From Candidatus Eiseniibacteriota bacterium (GTDB lineage: Bacteria > Eisenbacteria > RBG-16-71-46 > CAZAMP01): a stretch of 64,000 nt of DNA. The translations under genes and the position numbers were made by a program. The notes below the pieces were generated by a model. That model saw only the letters and a program-made list of their open reading frames with translations. It had not been told where the DNA came from and made no database searches. Positions 10,193-19,968 of this stretch are shown here, piece after piece; the stretch's first letter is position 1, and every line of letters begins with the position of its first letter. The DNA is taken from the NCBI GenBank assembly GCA_965224245.1, contig OZ245046.1, positions 5,824,001-5,888,000 on the forward strand, read 5' to 3'.

Positions 10193-10912
10193 GTGAAAGG
10201 GATCATTCTCGCCGGCGGGCGCGGCACGCGCCTCGATCCGCTGACCCGCGTGACGAACAAGCATCTTCTGCCCGTGTACGACCGACCGATGATCCACTTT
10301 CCGTTGCGGACGCTCGTGGACGCGGGCATCGACGAGATCCTGATCGTCACCGGCGGCGAGAGCGCCGGCGACTTCCTGAAGCTCCTGGGCAACGGCAAGG
10401 ACTTCGGGCTGCAGCATCTGAACTACACGTACCAGGAAGGCCACGGCGGGATCGCCGAGGCCCTCGGGCTGGCCGAGCACTTCGTCGCCGGCGACTCGAT
10501 GGTGGTGATCCTCGGCGACAACATCATCCAGAGCGGCATCGCGACGCATCGCCGGAACTTCGAGACTCAGGGCGTGGGCGCGCGGATCCTGGTCAAGGAG
10601 GTCGACGATCCCGAGCGCTTCGGCGTGGCCGAGATCGACGGCGATCGCGTCGTGCGGATCGTCGAGAAGCCCGCGTCGCCGGTCTCGCGCTTTGCGGTCA
10701 CCGGCATCTACTTCTACGACGCGACCGTGTTCGACATCGTCCGCCGCCTCGACCCGTCCGCGCGGGGCGAGCTCGAGATCACCGACGTCAACAACGCATA
10801 CATCGAGCGCGGGCAGATGTCGTTCGACGTGCTCGACGGGTGGTGGAGCGACGCCGGGACGTTCGCGAGCCTGCATCGGGCGGGAACGCTGGTGGCGGCC
10901 TCGGCGGGATGA
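10193..10912 (+). CDS. Glucose-1-phosphate thymidylyltransferase family (RmlA/SpsI-like) nucleotidyltransferase
   Basis: KGIILAGGRGTRL, NKHLLPVYDRPMI, LGDN, EKP, SARGELEITD; AGGAG RBS before GTG. Confidence 0.93.
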   Translation: MKGIILAGGRGTRLDPLTRVTNKHLLPVYDRPMIHFPLRTLVDAGIDEILIVTGGESAGDFLKLLGNGKDFGLQHLNYTYQEGHGGIAEALGLAEHFVAGDSMVVILGDNIIQSGIATHRRNFETQGVGARILVKEVDDPERFGVAEIDGDRVVRIVEKPASPVSRFAVTGIYFYDATVFDIVRRLDPSARGELEITDVNNAYIERGQMSFDVLDGWWSDAGTFASLHRAGTLVAASAG

Positions 10913-10963
10913 CCTCCACGAGGCTCGCCGGCGCGGGTCCAGGGCGGGCGGCGACCGCGTCGG

Positions 10964-11518
10964 TCAGCGTGAGGGTGTGCGCGTGTACCGGACGACCGTG
11001 AGCTCCGCGTTGTAGGGATGCGCCGACGGCTCGTGGCGCGACCACGTGTCCATCGGGATCGTCGGGAACCGAACGGCGTCCGGGTGATCGATCACCTCCG
11101 GGACGAGCGTCAGGTCGATCAGGTTCCCCAACGGCATTGCATCCGCGTAGATGCGCGCACCGCCGATGAACCACACGTCGGCGTCTCCGGCCAGCGAGAG
11201 CGCCGCCTCCACCGACGGGACGAGCTCCACGCCCGGGATCGGACGGGACGTGACCACGACGTTGCGGCGATCCGGCAGCGGGCGCGCCCCCATCGACTCC
11301 CACGTGAGTCGACCCATCACGACCGTCGTGCCGCGCGTGATCTCCTTGAAGCGGCGGAGATCCCCGCGATACGACCACGGAATCCGGCCGTGAAGCCCGA
11401 TCACGCCGTCGACGCTGACCGCGGCGATCAGCCCGCGGACGGGGGTCGGAGCCGACGCCTCGGCCCGGGTGGCGGCACGGGACGAGGACTCCTCGGGAGG
11501 GGACGCCTCGCGCGTCAC
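10964..11518 (-). CDS. folA: Dihydrofolate reductase
   Basis: IAAV..GVIG..GRIPW..DL..FK, VVMGRLTWES, PLPDRRNVVVT, FIGGARIY; GTGA overlap with thyA stop. Confidence 0.93.
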   Translation of the reverse strand: MTREASPPEESSSRAATRAEASAPTPVRGLIAAVSVDGVIGLHGRIPWSYRGDLRRFKEITRGTTVVMGRLTWESMGARPLPDRRNVVVTSRPIPGVELVPSVEAALSLAGDADVWFIGGARIYADAMPLGNLIDLTLVPEVIDHPDAVRFPTIPMDTWSRHEPSAHPYNAELTVVRYTRTPSR

Positions 11519-12393
11519 ACGGCGACCTTGAACCGGATCGCCGGCTGCGGCGCGTATCCCTCCAGTCGAAACACGTCGAGGATCTCGGTGGTGTCGGCAC
11601 GGATCAGCCGATCCACGTCGTCGAGCGTCCGGACGTCCGGGGAGATCGTCAGACGCGGCAGCGGTCCGGGCGTCCGCGTGAGTTGCTCGCGGAGACCCGG
11701 CACGTGGTCGTACTCGGACATCGACCCGTCGGGCTTCTCGGTGTAGACGTGCGCGTCCACGAGCGTGTGCGCGAACCGGCCGGCGCGGATTCCCGAGAGA
11801 TGCGAGAACAGCTCCAGGATGAACGCGTACCCGGCGATGTTGTACGGCACGCCGAGCGCCACGTCCGCGCTCCGCTGTGTCAGGTGGAGGCAGAGTCGCG
11901 GCTCGCCGTCGGCGTCGAACTGCACGTTGAACACGAACATCGCATGGCATGGCGGGAGCTTGCTGGTCTGCGCGTTGCCCGGCGCCCATGCCGACACGAC
12001 CAGACGCCGGCTCGTCGGGTTCCGCGCGAGCTCGTCCAGCACGTAGCGGATCTGGTCGTTGAACGCCGGACCCTCGGGGCCGGGAACCGGGAAGCGCCGC
12101 CAGAAGTTTCCATAGGCGCTCGGCACCCTACCGTCCGCGTCGGCCCAAGGATCCCAGAACCGACACCTGTGCTTCCGGAGGAGGCCGATGTCCAGGTCGC
12201 CGGACAGGAACCAGAGGTTCTCGACGACGATGTTCTTCCACGAGATCTCCTTGGTCGTGAGCAGCGGGAAGCCGTCGTCGAGCGAGATGCTGTAGTTGTG
12301 GTTGAACGTGGAGAGCGTGTCGATGCCGGTCCGGTTGGGCTTGCGCGTTCCCTGGTCGAGAACGGTGCGGACGAGATCCAGGTAGGCTTGCAC
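11515..12393 (-). CDS. thyA: Thymidylate synthase
   Basis: NRTG, GFPLLTTK, catalytic LPPCH, QRSADVALGVPYN, DAHVY. Confidence 0.97.
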   Translation of the reverse strand: MQAYLDLVRTVLDQGTRKPNRTGIDTLSTFNHNYSISLDDGFPLLTTKEISWKNIVVENLWFLSGDLDIGLLRKHRCRFWDPWADADGRVPSAYGNFWRRFPVPGPEGPAFNDQIRYVLDELARNPTSRRLVVSAWAPGNAQTSKLPPCHAMFVFNVQFDADGEPRLCLHLTQRSADVALGVPYNIAGYAFILELFSHLSGIRAGRFAHTLVDAHVYTEKPDGSMSEYDHVPGLREQLTRTPGPLPRLTISPDVRTLDDVDRLIRADTTEILDVFRLEGYAPQPAIRFKVAV

Positions 12394-12567
12394 GGGTCGG
12401 CTCCGCCGATCTAGCGTTGTTGGACGCGGGCGCCGGATGATCGCGGCGGCGCCGCAGGCGAGCGATGGCTGCGATGGGCAAGACTAATACGGCGGCTGGA
12501 CCCCCGCAACGACCGGTCGCGGTCGACGCGGGGCTGCGGCGGCGGAGACGATGGAGAATCGGGAGCG

Positions 12568-13854
12568 ATGACACACAGACGGATCGCACGCGCGGTGCTG
12601 GCGGCGACGATCCTCCTGGCCCTCGGCGCCGCACCGGCGGTGTCGGGATCACGGGAGGATCTGGCGGCCGCGTGGGCGCGCCTGGAGGCGGAGACACGCC
12701 AACGTCCCCGGGCCGAGGCGAGCGAGATCACCCGCGCCTTCCTGGATGGCATCACCGACGCGGACGTCCTCGACGCGTGCGCCGCGGATCCCGGCCACGA
12801 CGCCGCCGGCGCGAGCGCCGCGACGGAGCCCGCGCCGGCGTTTCGCCGCCTCCTGATCGCGTACACGCGTCATCGTCCCCCCGATGCGGCCACGATCGTC
12901 GCGCGCCTCGGCGATCCCTCGCTCGCCCCCGATTGCCACGACGCCTATCTGCGCGCGGCCCAGCGGCAGATCGACGCCTTCACGGACGCCGAGGCCGACG
13001 CGATCGCGCGCTCTCTCCTGACGCTCTCCGATGCGCGCCCCGGCTCCAGCACGGACCTGGAGCGCAGCGCGGTGGCGTTCGGACACAGCGATGCGGTGCT
13101 CGCGCGCCTCAGCACCCATCTCACCTCGACGCGCGACGCCGACCGGCGACGCGGCGCGGAGCTGGCGCTCGAGTCGCGGGACGACCGCGTCGGCCCCCTC
13201 CTGGTCCGTCTGCTCGAGAAGATCGTGCACGATCCCATCCCGTACGCCGAGAGCCTCGACGCGGTCGCGGTGGCCGCGGCCGAGCAGTCGGGTGGGGCCG
13301 CCCTTCCGCTCCTTGCTCAGCTCATCGCGAAGACCTCCGACTGGCGGATCCAGCGCGCCGGCATCGTCGCGCTCGGGCGCACCGGCGAGCCGCGCGCCTA
13401 CCGCGTCCTGGCGCGCCTCTACCGCGAGGCACCCGCGATGGCGCGATCGTGGCCGTCCCGCGATCCGGAAGCGGACGGGGCAGATGCCGACGTTGGAGCC
13501 GGCGCCGACAGTGGAGCCAGTGCCGACGTTGGAGGGAGCGCCGACGGTGGAACCGGCGCCGGCGTCACGGCTCACGACGTGTCGCACGCGACCGGTTCGG
13601 TCCCCAGCGCACTGCCGGCGGAGCTCTACCGCACCGCGCGGCGGCTCGAGCCGGCGGGGCTCGCCGCGCTCCGGCACGGACTCGTGGCCGAGGCCCGGGA
13701 CGTCGTGGAGGTGCTCGATCGGATGAGCCGGGAAGGGCCCTGCGTGCGTCCGGAGTCCGTGATCGAGGCGTTGAAGGACTACCTGACGCGCGACGCCGAC
13801 GCCGACACCGAACGCATCCGGGCGATCGTGGAGCGAATCGGCGCCACGCGCTGA
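12568..13854 (+). CDS. Secreted HEAT-repeat-like hypothetical protein
   Basis: Signal peptide, helical Ala/Leu-rich repeats (RAGIVALGRTGEPRA); GGGAG RBS. Confidence 0.6.
   Translation: MTHRRIARAVLAATILLALGAAPAVSGSREDLAAAWARLEAETRQRPRAEASEITRAFLDGITDADVLDACAADPGHDAAGASAATEPAPAFRRLLIAYTRHRPPDAATIVARLGDPSLAPDCHDAYLRAAQRQIDAFTDAEADAIARSLLTLSDARPGSSTDLERSAVAFGHSDAVLARLSTHLTSTRDADRRRGAELALESRDDRVGPLLVRLLEKIVHDPIPYAESLDAVAVAAAEQSGGAALPLLAQLIAKTSDWRIQRAGIVALGRTGEPRAYRVLARLYREAPAMARSWPSRDPEADGADADVGAGADSGASADVGGSADGGTGAGVTAHDVSHATGSVPSALPAELYRTARRLEPAGLAALRHGLVAEARDVVEVLDRMSREGPCVRPESVIEALKDYLTRDADADTERIRAIVERIGATR
13486..13557 (+). repeat. Four imperfect 18-bp in-frame tandem repeats (GCCGAC..GGA...)
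   Basis: Encode ADVGAG/ADSGAS/ADVGGS/ADGGTG. Confidence 0.75.
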
Positions 13855-13873
13855 GCCCGCGGCGAGGAAGCGG

Positions 13874-16771
13874 CTAGCGCCGCGAGCCCGGCCTCCGCGC
13901 CGAGCGTGCCCCGGGCTTTCGGGTGACGGCGCGTCGTGCGGGCGCGTGCGCGTGCCCGGGTCGTGCTTCGGCCGGGCGACCCCACCGCTTCAGATGAGCG
14001 GCCAGGTGTCGTCCGGTCACCGAGCTCGCGTTCGCGGCGATCTCGTCGGAGGTTCCGGTCGCGACCACGCGACCGCCACCGGCGCCCCCCTCGGGACCCA
14101 GATCGATGACGTGGTCCGCGCGCGCCACGACGTCCAGGTTGTGCTCCACGACGACGACGGTGTGTCCCCGATCCAGCAGCCGCTCGAAGGCGCGCAGGAG
14201 ATTGCCGATGTCGCCCACGTGCAGCCCCGTCGTGGGCTCGTCGAGAATGAAGAGGTTCGTGCCGCGCGTCGTCCTGGCCAGGTGGCTCGCGATCTTCAGC
14301 CGCTGCGCCTCGCCGCCCGACAGCGTGGTCGCCGGCTGCCCGAGCCGGAGGTACCCGAGGCCGACCTCCGCGAGGTGCCACAGCGGCCGCGAGATCGCCG
14401 GCGTGTCGGCGAAGAACGAGATCGCATCGGTGACGGTCATCTGGAGAATCTCGTGGACGTTCTTGCCGCGGTACCGTGCCTCGAGAATCCGGGCCTGATA
14501 GCGGCGGCCGCCGCAGTCGTCGCACGTCACGAACAGATCGGCGAGGAACTGGAGCTCGATCCGGATCGAGCCGGCCCCCTCGCACGTCTCGCAGCGCCCG
14601 CCCGCCACGTTGAACGAGAAGTCGCCCGGCGAGAGTCCGAGCCTCGACGCGTCCCGCGTTCCCGACAGGAGCTTCCGGATGCCGTCGAACGCCTTCACGT
14701 ACGTGACCGGGTTCGATCGGGGCGTGCGGCCGATCGGTGATTGATCCACGAGCAGCATGTCGTCGATTCTCGCATGTCCCGACAGGCGCTTCAGCGGCGC
14801 CGGGGAGGCGCCGCCCGGATCGCGCTCGGCGCGGTAGTTCCGGTACAGCGTCTCCTCGACGAGCGTGCTCTTGCCCGATCCCGAGACGCCGGTCACGCAG
14901 ACGAGTCCTCCCAGCGGAACGTCCACGTCCACGCCGTCGAGGTTGTGACCGCTCGCCCCGCGGATGCCGATCACGGGTGCGCCGGTCAGGTCGCGCCGCG
15001 TCATGGGCGGCAGCGTCTGGCGGCCACTCAGGTACGCCGCGGTGGAGCCGGGAGCGTCGGTCTCCAGCGCGGCCGGGTCGCCCTCGTAGACGATCCGTCC
15101 GCCGTGCTCGCCGGCGCCCGGTCCCAGATCGATCACGTGATCGGCGGCGGCGATGATGTCGCGGTCGTGCTCGACGACGACCACCGTGTTGCCGCCGTCG
15201 CGCAGCTCGGTGAGGATGCCGAGGAGCCGATCGTTGTCGCGGGCGTGAAGGCCGACCGACGGCTCGTCGAGCACGTAGAGCGTGTCGACCAGACCCGATC
15301 CCAGCGCCCCGGCCAGGAGGATGCGCTGATACTCGCCGCCCGACAGGCTGCGGCTGGATCGGTCGAGCGTGAGGTAGTCGAGCCCGGCCCGCTGCATGAC
15401 ATCCAGACGCCGCACGATCTCGGTCACCAGCGGCGCCGCGGTCTCTCCCGCGCGGCCGTCCAGCGGGAGCGCCTTCCAGAACGCGAGCCCATCGGTGACC
15501 GACATCCGACACACGTCGGCGATCGACCGGCCGAGGACCTCGAACGCGAGCGCCTCGGGTCGGAGCCGCGTGCCCCCGCACGCGTCGCAGGTGACGTAGC
15601 GGCGATGCCGGCTCAGGAACACCCGCACGTGGAGCTTGTAGATCTTGGCCTCGAGCGCCTTGAAGAATCCGCGCACGCCGGGGAAGTCCGGGGTGCCGTC
15701 GAAGATCGCGCGCCGATCGGTCTCCGGGAGGTCTTGCCAGGGAACGTCCGTCGGAATGCCGGAATCGGAGGCGAACGCCATCAGACGGCGCCGCCACTTC
15801 TGTCGCGCCGCGCTCTGCCAGGGCGCGACGGCGCCGCGGGCCAGGGATCGTGAGGGATCGGGGACGATGCGATCGGGGTCCAGGTCGATGATGTCGCCGA
15901 AGCCCCGGCATCTCGGACACGCGCCGGCCGGGCTGTTGAACGAGAACGCGAGCGGGCCCGGATCCGTGTACGCGCGGTCACATTCCGCGCAGTGAAACCC
16001 ACGCGAGAGTCGAACCGGCCGCGGGCCGTCGAGGAACACGGCCGCGCGGTCACCGCCCTCGGAGAAGGCGGCGTCGAGCGCCTCGGCCAGGCGCTGGCGG
16101 TTCGACGGCGCCAGCCGGAGCCGATCGGACACCACGAACGTCGGCGGCGAGTCGTCCGGGCCGACGGTGGCCACCGCGTCGCGCACGACGGGCTCGTGGA
16201 GATCGTCGATACCGGTGCCGTCGGTCGTGACGCGATAGAATCCCCGGCGCACCAGCGCGTCGAGCGCGCTCTCGCTGCGATCGATCACCGGAAACACGAC
16301 GGACGCCCGCTCGCCGGCGTGGGCATTCAGGAGGCGGTCCACGTTGGAGACGGTCGTGTCCCGCGTGACGACGTTCCCGCATCCCAGGCACCGGAGCACG
16401 GAGGCGCGAGCGTAGAGCATGCGCAGGTAGTCGAGGATCTCGGTCACGGTCCCCACCGTCGATCGGCTCGTCTTCGCCGGCGGCTTGCGCTCCACCGCGA
16501 TCGCGGGCGGGATCCCGCCGACGGTATCGACGTCGGGCCGGTCCATCCGCTCCAGGAACTGACGCGTGTACGCCGAGAGCGACTCCACGTACCGCCGTTG
16601 TCCCTCGGCGTAGAGCGTGTCGAAGGCCAGGCTCGACTTGCCCGATCCGGAGGGGCCGGTCACGACGACGAGCTTCCCGCGCGGGATGTCGACGTCGAGG
16701 TTCTGCAGGTTGTGCGTGCGCACGCCTCGTAACGAGATCACGTTCGAGGCCGGCGGAGCGTTCGGCGTCAT
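13874..16771 (-). CDS. uvrA: Excinuclease ABC subunit A
   Basis: Two Walker A (GPSGSGKSS, GVSGSGKST), LSGGE signatures, CxxC zinc fingers, IGRTPRSNP. Confidence 0.96.
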   Translation of the reverse strand: MTPNAPPASNVISLRGVRTHNLQNLDVDIPRGKLVVVTGPSGSGKSSLAFDTLYAEGQRRYVESLSAYTRQFLERMDRPDVDTVGGIPPAIAVERKPPAKTSRSTVGTVTEILDYLRMLYARASVLRCLGCGNVVTRDTTVSNVDRLLNAHAGERASVVFPVIDRSESALDALVRRGFYRVTTDGTGIDDLHEPVVRDAVATVGPDDSPPTFVVSDRLRLAPSNRQRLAEALDAAFSEGGDRAAVFLDGPRPVRLSRGFHCAECDRAYTDPGPLAFSFNSPAGACPRCRGFGDIIDLDPDRIVPDPSRSLARGAVAPWQSAARQKWRRRLMAFASDSGIPTDVPWQDLPETDRRAIFDGTPDFPGVRGFFKALEAKIYKLHVRVFLSRHRRYVTCDACGGTRLRPEALAFEVLGRSIADVCRMSVTDGLAFWKALPLDGRAGETAAPLVTEIVRRLDVMQRAGLDYLTLDRSSRSLSGGEYQRILLAGALGSGLVDTLYVLDEPSVGLHARDNDRLLGILTELRDGGNTVVVVEHDRDIIAAADHVIDLGPGAGEHGGRIVYEGDPAALETDAPGSTAAYLSGRQTLPPMTRRDLTGAPVIGIRGASGHNLDGVDVDVPLGGLVCVTGVSGSGKSTLVEETLYRNYRAERDPGGASPAPLKRLSGHARIDDMLLVDQSPIGRTPRSNPVTYVKAFDGIRKLLSGTRDASRLGLSPGDFSFNVAGGRCETCEGAGSIRIELQFLADLFVTCDDCGGRRYQARILEARYRGKNVHEILQMTVTDAISFFADTPAISRPLWHLAEVGLGYLRLGQPATTLSGGEAQRLKIASHLARTTRGTNLFILDEPTTGLHVGDIGNLLRAFERLLDRGHTVVVVEHNLDVVARADHVIDLGPEGGAGGGRVVATGTSDEIAANASSVTGRHLAAHLKRWGRPAEARPGHAHAPARRAVTRKPGARSARRPGSRR

Positions 16772-17107
16772 GTGTCGTCCTGGCGGGGAGAGAACGGTGA
16801 CCACGAGCGGCCGATTGTCCTGCGTCGCACCATCCGGCGCAACGTCGCGGCGCCCGGCCGCGTCCCGCCACGCGCGGGCCGGCGGGCGGCACGAGGCTCG
16901 GGCGGATACCCACGCACCGGTCGCCGCCGGGTACGAAGTACCCACACCAACATGCTGCAGGAGAACGGTTTGTGCGAGAACTGGCTACTATGGGCACCCC
17001 GGTCCCGGATCCGGCCTCCGATCCGGGGTTCCCGATCCCGCGGCACCGGGCTCTCCAAGCGTGTGCGGTCGAGGAGCTTGGGCGGATCGAGGCGCTCCTC
17101 GGTCCTT

Positions 17108-17123
17108 TGGCACACTGCGTGCA
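17108..17123 (+). promoter_or_regulatory. Putative sigma-54 (-24/-12) promoter
   Basis: TGGCAC-actgc-gTGCA: exact GG-N10-GC spacing, in an intergenic region. Confidence 0.7.
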
Positions 17124-17131
17124 ATACGACA

Positions 17132-17385
17132 GGGCAGCGTGAGGCGCCGGCGGGATCTGGAAGAACCGCGACCTGTTTCCCAACCCCGGCAGTCTAGCAG
17201 CTCCTTCTCTTGGCAGCGGTCGGAGCTGTTCGTCGCGGTTCTTCCAGATCCTGCTGGCGACCTCGCCAGAGCCCTCGTTGCTGTTGTCTTGCAGAGTCAG
17301 GACCGACGGCCGGTGCCTCCGCTCTTCTTCAGGCGTTGGGGTACTAGCCTCCCGACGCCTGGGGACCGCGGCCGTGGGCTTTTTT
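17132..17385 (+). ncRNA. Candidate structured non-coding RNA (~250 nt), family unknown
   Basis: 32-bp stem 17141-17172/17232-17264 with G-U pairs valid only on + strand; inner hairpin 17196-17230; 3' hairpin 17306-17375 then T6. Confidence 0.65.
17306..17385 (+). terminator. Intrinsic terminator-like hairpin closing the candidate RNA
   Basis: ACGGCCG/CGGCCGT outer and AGGCGTTGGG/CCCGACGCCT inner stems followed by TTTTTT (17380-17385). Confidence 0.6.
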
Positions 17386-17488
17386 CGTGCCCCCGAGGCG
17401 CCCGTCATCCCGGTCGCGTAAGATGCCGCCGGGCCGGACCCGCCGGCCGCATCCCACGCGAGATCCACGACCGAGACGGGCACCCCTC

Positions 17489-19936
17489 ATGCCGCCACCG
17501 ATTCGTTCCGACCGCGATCCGGTTCCGACGAGCACCTCGGCACGCGCCGAGATCGGGCTCGCCATCGTGGCGTCGAGCGTTCTCACGCTCGCGATGGTCG
17601 GTGCGCTCCTCTCGCTGGGGGTCTCGGCGCTGTCACTGAACGCGTCCTCCTCGGCGCCGCTGCCCCATGGACCGACCACGGTGCTCCGCGTCACCATCGC
17701 AATGGCGCTCGGCTACGCGGGCGTCTTCGCGCCGGTCGGGCTCATCGTGGGCGTCGTCGTCGCTCTCGTGCGTGGCCACGCGATCGCGAGGCGGCCGGGA
17801 CCGCGGACCCTCGCGCGGGCGGCGCTCGCGTTCGTCGGGCTGGAGGCGCTCGTCGTGCTGAGCGCGCCGTGGCTGGCCGACCTGCTCGACGGCGAGCGGC
17901 GGGTCGTGGCGGCCGTGGCGGCCGGCACCGCGCTGGCCGTGCTGCTGGCGGTGATCGTCGTCCGGCTTCCCCGTGAGGGACGTCACCCCGCGTGGGACCG
18001 CATCCGCATGGCCGTCCTGTTCGCGGTGGCGGTGCCGGTGGGCGTCGCGGTCGTCGTGAGGTCGACGTCCGAGCCACGCCCGGCCGCGGCGACCGAGCCG
18101 TTTCCACCGCTCACGCGCGCGTCGTCCTCCGGCATCGCGCTCCTGGGAGTCGACGGCGCGGACTGGATCACGCTCGATCGGCTGATCGCGGCCGGTGTGA
18201 TGCCGAACCTGGCCCGTGCGCGAGAGGACGGCGCCGCCGGCGATCTGTACGTCCGGTTTCCGTTCACGCCCCCGTCGTGGACGACGATCCTGTCGGGCGT
18301 GGACGATCACACGCACGGGATCGTCGCGTTCGCCGGGCAGGTGGACGCGTGGGGAGACCTCGTTCGCCGCCCGCGCATTCACGACATCACGGCGCGAGTC
18401 CTGAGCGAACGTCGGCAGCTCCCTCCGCCGCCGGCCATCATCGGGTGGCTGTCGGCTCCGGCGGACCTCGCCGCCGTCGCCTACGCCCGCGCGATCCATC
18501 CGTTCGATCGGCCGCTGGTGCTGCTGGACGCCACGCACGTCGCGTTCAAGCGGCTCTGGCAAATCGCCGAGGATGCCGGACTCGCGACCGGGACGTTCGG
18601 GGTCGATCTCAGCTGGCCCGCCGAGCAGGTGCGCGGCTTTCTCGTCTCCGATCGGTTCGTGCGGGGTGAGCGGGCGGACGCGGTCTACCCCGACCGGCTG
18701 GTCATGCCCCTCGACGCCCTCGCGATCGGCTCGCCCGACGCGATGGCCGATCCGGGCGACACGCCCTCGATCGATCCCGGCGGCCGAGATGCGGACGTCT
18801 CCGGCTCGCGCGAGGCCGAGACGGCGTTCTTCGTGCGAACCGCGCGGCGTCAGCACCGCGAGTGGCTCGAGGAGCTCCGGATGGCGCGCCGTCTCTTCGA
18901 GACCGAGTGCGACGGGCTCGACCTCGTCACGCTGAAGTTCCGCCAGCCCGACACGATGAAGCACTACCTCCTGCCGTTCCTGAGACCCGACGCGTTCCCA
19001 TGGCTCGACGTCTCACCCGACGCGAGCGCCGCCGTGCTCGAGGTGCTTCACGACGCCTACTACGAGCTGGATCTCCTGATCGGAGAGATCCGCGACGCCG
19101 GGTGGACGCTGTGCATCGTCTCGGACCACGGTTTCTATCCGAACCGGGCGGAGTCCCCGAGACAGGACAGCGTCTCGCTCGACGCAGACACGCTGCTCGA
19201 TCGACTCGGATGGCTCGTTCGGGGTGAAGACGGGGACATCGACTGGACGCGAACGCGCGCGTACGACCCGGGCACCCCGACGCCGGCGGAGACGAGCGGC
19301 CTCCGGCTCAACCTCCGGGGAAGGGAGCCGAACGGCGTGGTGCCCGTCGCCGAGCGCGCGTCCGCGCTCGAGGCGCTCGTGCGCGACCTGGGGTCCGTCC
19401 GGTACGCCGACTCGGGCGAGCCCGTGTTCACGACGATCGAGACCGATGCCGCGGGCTTCGACGTGGTGGTGCGCCATCCGCTCCGGCGGCCGCTTCGCGA
19501 CGTGCTGGAGCCACTCACGCGTCGCGTGGTCGTGGCCGGCCGCTCCGCGCCGATGAGGTCGGTGTTCGCGTTGCATCCGACCTACGGGGGTCACCGGGGT
19601 GGCACCGACGTCGCGGGGTACGGCCCGGCCGTCCTGCTCCTGTGCGGTCCCGACGTGCGCCGCGGCGTGACGCTGGAGAGCGCGGAGGACCTGGACGTGA
19701 CGCCCACGATCCTGCGGCTCCTCGGCGTTCCGCTGTCGGCGGAGCTCCAGGGACGGGTGCTGGACGAGGCGCTCGCGCCGGCGTTCCTCGAGGCTCACCC
19801 GATCACGACGGTTCCGGGCTACGGCCCGCACCGGTTCGACCCCGAGCTCCTGGCGAGGGCACGCGCGGGCGGCGGCAGCGAGGCCACACGCAAGGAGATG
19901 GTGGATCGGATCCGGGCCCTCGGCTACCTGAACTGA
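17489..19936 (+). CDS. Membrane-anchored alkaline phosphatase superfamily (phosphodiesterase-like) protein
   Basis: ~5 N-terminal TM helices; LLGVDGADW, TPPSWTT..SG, VSDHG, DVTPTIL, C-terminal IRALGYL; start approximate. Confidence 0.85.
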   Translation: MPPPIRSDRDPVPTSTSARAEIGLAIVASSVLTLAMVGALLSLGVSALSLNASSSAPLPHGPTTVLRVTIAMALGYAGVFAPVGLIVGVVVALVRGHAIARRPGPRTLARAALAFVGLEALVVLSAPWLADLLDGERRVVAAVAAGTALAVLLAVIVVRLPREGRHPAWDRIRMAVLFAVAVPVGVAVVVRSTSEPRPAAATEPFPPLTRASSSGIALLGVDGADWITLDRLIAAGVMPNLARAREDGAAGDLYVRFPFTPPSWTTILSGVDDHTHGIVAFAGQVDAWGDLVRRPRIHDITARVLSERRQLPPPPAIIGWLSAPADLAAVAYARAIHPFDRPLVLLDATHVAFKRLWQIAEDAGLATGTFGVDLSWPAEQVRGFLVSDRFVRGERADAVYPDRLVMPLDALAIGSPDAMADPGDTPSIDPGGRDADVSGSREAETAFFVRTARRQHREWLEELRMARRLFETECDGLDLVTLKFRQPDTMKHYLLPFLRPDAFPWLDVSPDASAAVLEVLHDAYYELDLLIGEIRDAGWTLCIVSDHGFYPNRAESPRQDSVSLDADTLLDRLGWLVRGEDGDIDWTRTRAYDPGTPTPAETSGLRLNLRGREPNGVVPVAERASALEALVRDLGSVRYADSGEPVFTTIETDAAGFDVVVRHPLRRPLRDVLEPLTRRVVVAGRSAPMRSVFALHPTYGGHRGGTDVAGYGPAVLLLCGPDVRRGVTLESAEDLDVTPTILRLLGVPLSAELQGRVLDEALAPAFLEAHPITTVPGYGPHRFDPELLARARAGGGSEATRKEMVDRIRALGYLN

Positions 19937-19968
19937 ACCCGTTCCGCTCGCCCTGCGGACGGCGCCGC

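Noticed and set aside
10964-12393. thyA-folA as a mobile trimethoprim-resistance or phage cassette
   Set aside because: Ordinary chromosomal arrangement with host-like GC; no integrase, transposase or att sites seen
17132-17385. Structured RNA as tmRNA, RNase P, SRP, tRNA or retron msr-msd
   Set aside because: No tRNA-like ends, no GAGGAAAGUCC, no SRP GGAA-loop motif seen, and no reverse transcriptase nearby; 6S cannot be fully excluded without an Rfam scan
16050-17639. ORFs 16617-17639 (+), 16050-17483 (-) and 16772-17197 (+) crossing the uvrA intergenic region
   Set aside because: Arg/Pro/Gly-rich shadow translations overlapping real genes, with no RBS or motifs
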